Positions 61,514 to 64,000 of a stretch of 64,000 nt of DNA are shown piece after piece. How positions within the stretch are numbered: position 1 is the first letter of the stretch; each line of letters starts with the position of its first letter. This DNA is from Amphiscolops sp. MND2022 (lineage: Eukaryota), in contig OZ076417.1 in the NCBI GenBank assembly GCA_964187785.1, positions 16,678,001-16,742,000 on the forward strand. The letters run 5' to 3'. Both the position numbers and the translations under genes were made by a program. The notes under the pieces were generated by a model that had not been told where the DNA came from, searched no databases, and was given only the letters and a program-made list of their open reading frames with translations.

Positions 61514-61840
61514 TTATTATTTGATGTTATTCCAATTTTTTCTGAAGTTCGAAGTTCTGAAGACAATATTTTCATTTGAAGGATCATCGAAAGAACTTGA
61601 GAGAAAGAAAACTCTAATGTCAAAGACATTCGAAAGAGTTTTTACCTGCAAAGGTCTTCAAAAAATTTCTGAATTCTTGAAAATCTATGACAGCCGAATT
61701 TGGCATCTTCGATGATCATGCCATCGTTATATAACTTTTTACTCACAGTTTCTCGTATCTTCCAGCAGCTTATCTAAAATGAACCATTATTAACCTCTAA
61801 GTTTCCTTCAAAATTTTTGAAAAAAACTAAAGTAACTAAC

Positions 61841-62108
61841 GGTGAACCAAAAACAATTGCATGTCCATCTCGGGCGCAATTGGTCGGGAATCTCGAAACT
61901 CTTCAGAAGCATAGTAGCAATCACATCTTTTGCTCAATGAGGAAAGTTTTGCAAGATTGCTTTCTCCCCTTGTAACTTCTGTGCATTGACTCGCACAGTT
62001 GGTTTCCGATATCGGATACAGAGTTGTCAAATGGGTGATGAACAGTGAGTTGTGCAATGCGATATCCACCGATACTTTAACGAACATTATCCTACAGCAG
62101 AATAACAT
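61841..62108 (-). CDS. Possible host exon encoding a PAN/apple-like Cys module
   Basis: MFVKVSVDIAL...PISETNCASQC...SKRCDC. Ends at a phase-1 GTTAGT donor (61840); candidate acceptor ctgtAG at 62092-62093. Domain call is tentative. Confidence 0.4.
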
Positions 62109-64000
62109 ACAGGTGTAAGCATTAAGATACAGTGAAATTGAATTTGTCTTGTTCTACGCAATGTAAAGACTTAATCGAGAGGCAAAAGATTTTATTATAT
62201 TTCTTTACCCACCTGTTTTCTCTTGAATACGGTGGGTTTGTGGATCGTGTGTCATACAAAGTCCAATCCGGCAACTTTTTGATGGTCAAGGCTCTGCTTT
62301 TTTGCAAGATGAAGAAAAACTTTTATAATTTCATTACGATTTGCTGAAATTTCGAGCGTTTTGTTCTGAGCAAGCTTCCAAGATCTAGTGACACTAAACT
62401 GCATACTATTGGCTGCATTTTAAATTGAATTTCGTTCTCTTATTTTCCAGGTGACGTTTAGTTCCGCTGGGTACAAAGTGTTTCCTTTTTGACAAAAATC
62501 AATGTAAGTAACGAAACTCGCCTAATCCATTGTTGTTTCTTCCAAGGCATTCAAATTTTGCTGTACACTCCGTAAATTCGTCTCAATCTCAAAAAGTTAC
62601 AGAGGTACTCTTCTCATACAAAATTGATGGAAATATGTCTTTGTCCAGAAAATGGAAACAAACCACCTGACGTCACAAGCTTGAAAGTTCGATGGGCAGT
62701 TTAAATGATTTTTTAGAGCTGACAGTGAAAGTGAACACTTTGAAAGCTGTCAATCTGTCATTTAGGAAAAATACCTACCTGAGCCGCGCAACTGCCCAAT
62801 TTAAATTTGCATCAATTTCTTATATCCAAATCTTGGAGGTTTTTCCGAAAAATTCACCATCTGAAAAAATAAATTCGTAGCGTATGTACTTATGGGAACC
62901 CTTTAACTTATTCGAAAAACAGCCTTAAAATCAGTCAAAATGACCCTAACACTAGCCAAATATCATCATATTCCAACTTTTTTAGGCAATTCTTGGTTTT
63001 GCACTATTTTTTTTGATATTCGACTCCTCAACTCGAACATCTTGGTATGTCGCTAAGAAAACGTTGAGTGCATTTTCCAAAGTTTTGATTTTGATTCTGT
63101 CACTACCTTTACGTTATATCCGGAAACTCCATTCCTTTAGTACAATTTGAAACCAGTAAAAAACGACACTGATGCACGTAGTTGGCATCCGGAGCAAACG
63201 CTCTGGCCCCCAGGTTATGGAATCTCACATTCACGTGAGTACGCATCTAGTGTAGTCTTTCTGGAGGATAGTTTTGACAGGTGGAGAAAAAAAGCCCAAC
63301 TGAAGACGCATTGGAGGAGAAAACAGAGATGAGAAGATCAACGGCGGTATTGCTTCTAGCCATTGTGACATTGAGCAAGCCATTTCCATGTTATACCTTA
63401 TGGTCGACAATTGCTCGGCCACTCCGCTCTTGTTTGGAGCTTTTCTGCAATTTTTAGTTTTTTAGCTACGTTTGAGACTTGAGAAAATGCAGTCGCAAAA
63501 ATAGTCTGGGTCTGAACATCTGTTGCTCAACGGGCGTCTTGTTGTTGAGATATTGAAGGCTGGGCAACGTTTTTGCGTCAATTTCGTTAAATTCGGAGCA
63601 TCTTAGAGCAATCTTCAGATGTTCTTTTCAAAACTAGTGTTTGCCGTGTCAACAAATGCTTGTTTTTCTCAAGTAAAAGCTAAGAAAGAGAAAGCTAAAA
63701 ATAAATTTTAAAAATAAAAGGTTCCCGCTGCAGCATTGATAGGAACACTTCCAGGTGATGACAAATTCCCACTGGATAAAAAATTGATTCCATTGATGAA
63801 AATATCAATATTCAGCGCACTATCAGTTGTTTTCCCTTCAGAAACTTTTAAAAGTTTGTCACACATGTCGCAGCTGCATCTTGGAAAATTACAGGTGTCT
63901 ATAATTTATTCATACGCATAAATGTCGGCCCAGGAAATGATGTTGGGTTGATGAATTTTTAACGAGCATTCACAACTTCAAAACAATTTCCAGACCAACA

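Noticed and set aside
63281-63456. Plus-strand frame with signal-peptide-like MRRSTAVLLLAIVTLSKPFPC after a ttttgacAG acceptor
   Set aside because: Under 60 codons with no downstream support; could be chance.
1-64000. tRNA or rRNA genes
   Set aside because: No cloverleaf or rRNA-like segment recognised; tRNA similarity is limited to the PBS motifs.

Overview
AT-rich animal genomic DNA that is almost entirely a nest of Ty3/Gypsy LTR retrotransposons. It may be one large intron of a minus-strand host gene: there is a calcium-binding EGF exon at 1-130 and a possible PAN/apple-like exon at 61841-62108. Three complete elements can be delimited by paired LTRs and target-site duplications. Element 1 (2559-17346, minus; ~2-kb LTRs, TSD GAGGT) starts gag inside the LTR, has a -1 gag-pol frameshift signal, and carries a ~4.9-kb extra 3' region. 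That region holds an ANTISENSE, ~8-exon, GT-AG spliced gene whose product reads like a catalytically dead hAT transposase with a zinc finger, plus a divergently oriented orphan ORF. A decayed relative carrying the same antisense gene (17836-20880 + 40886-41676) is split by element 2. Element 2 (20881-40885, minus; 535-bp LTRs, TSD CTGG) and element 3 (44529-61513, plus; ~330-bp LTRs, probable TSD TTAT) are related 17-20 kb retrovirus-like elements. Both have gag-pol, a class III (herpes gB/chuvirus G-like) env, two further shared ORFs downstream of env, and tandem arrays of covarying RNA hairpin modules in their 5' leaders. None of the 3' LTRs is preceded by a canonical polypurine tract. All protein-family calls are by-eye motif recognition, not database searches. 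The host is unidentified; the gag N-termini remind me of acoel (Xenacoelomorpha) elements, which is unverified. No rRNA, tRNA or CRISPR locus was found.
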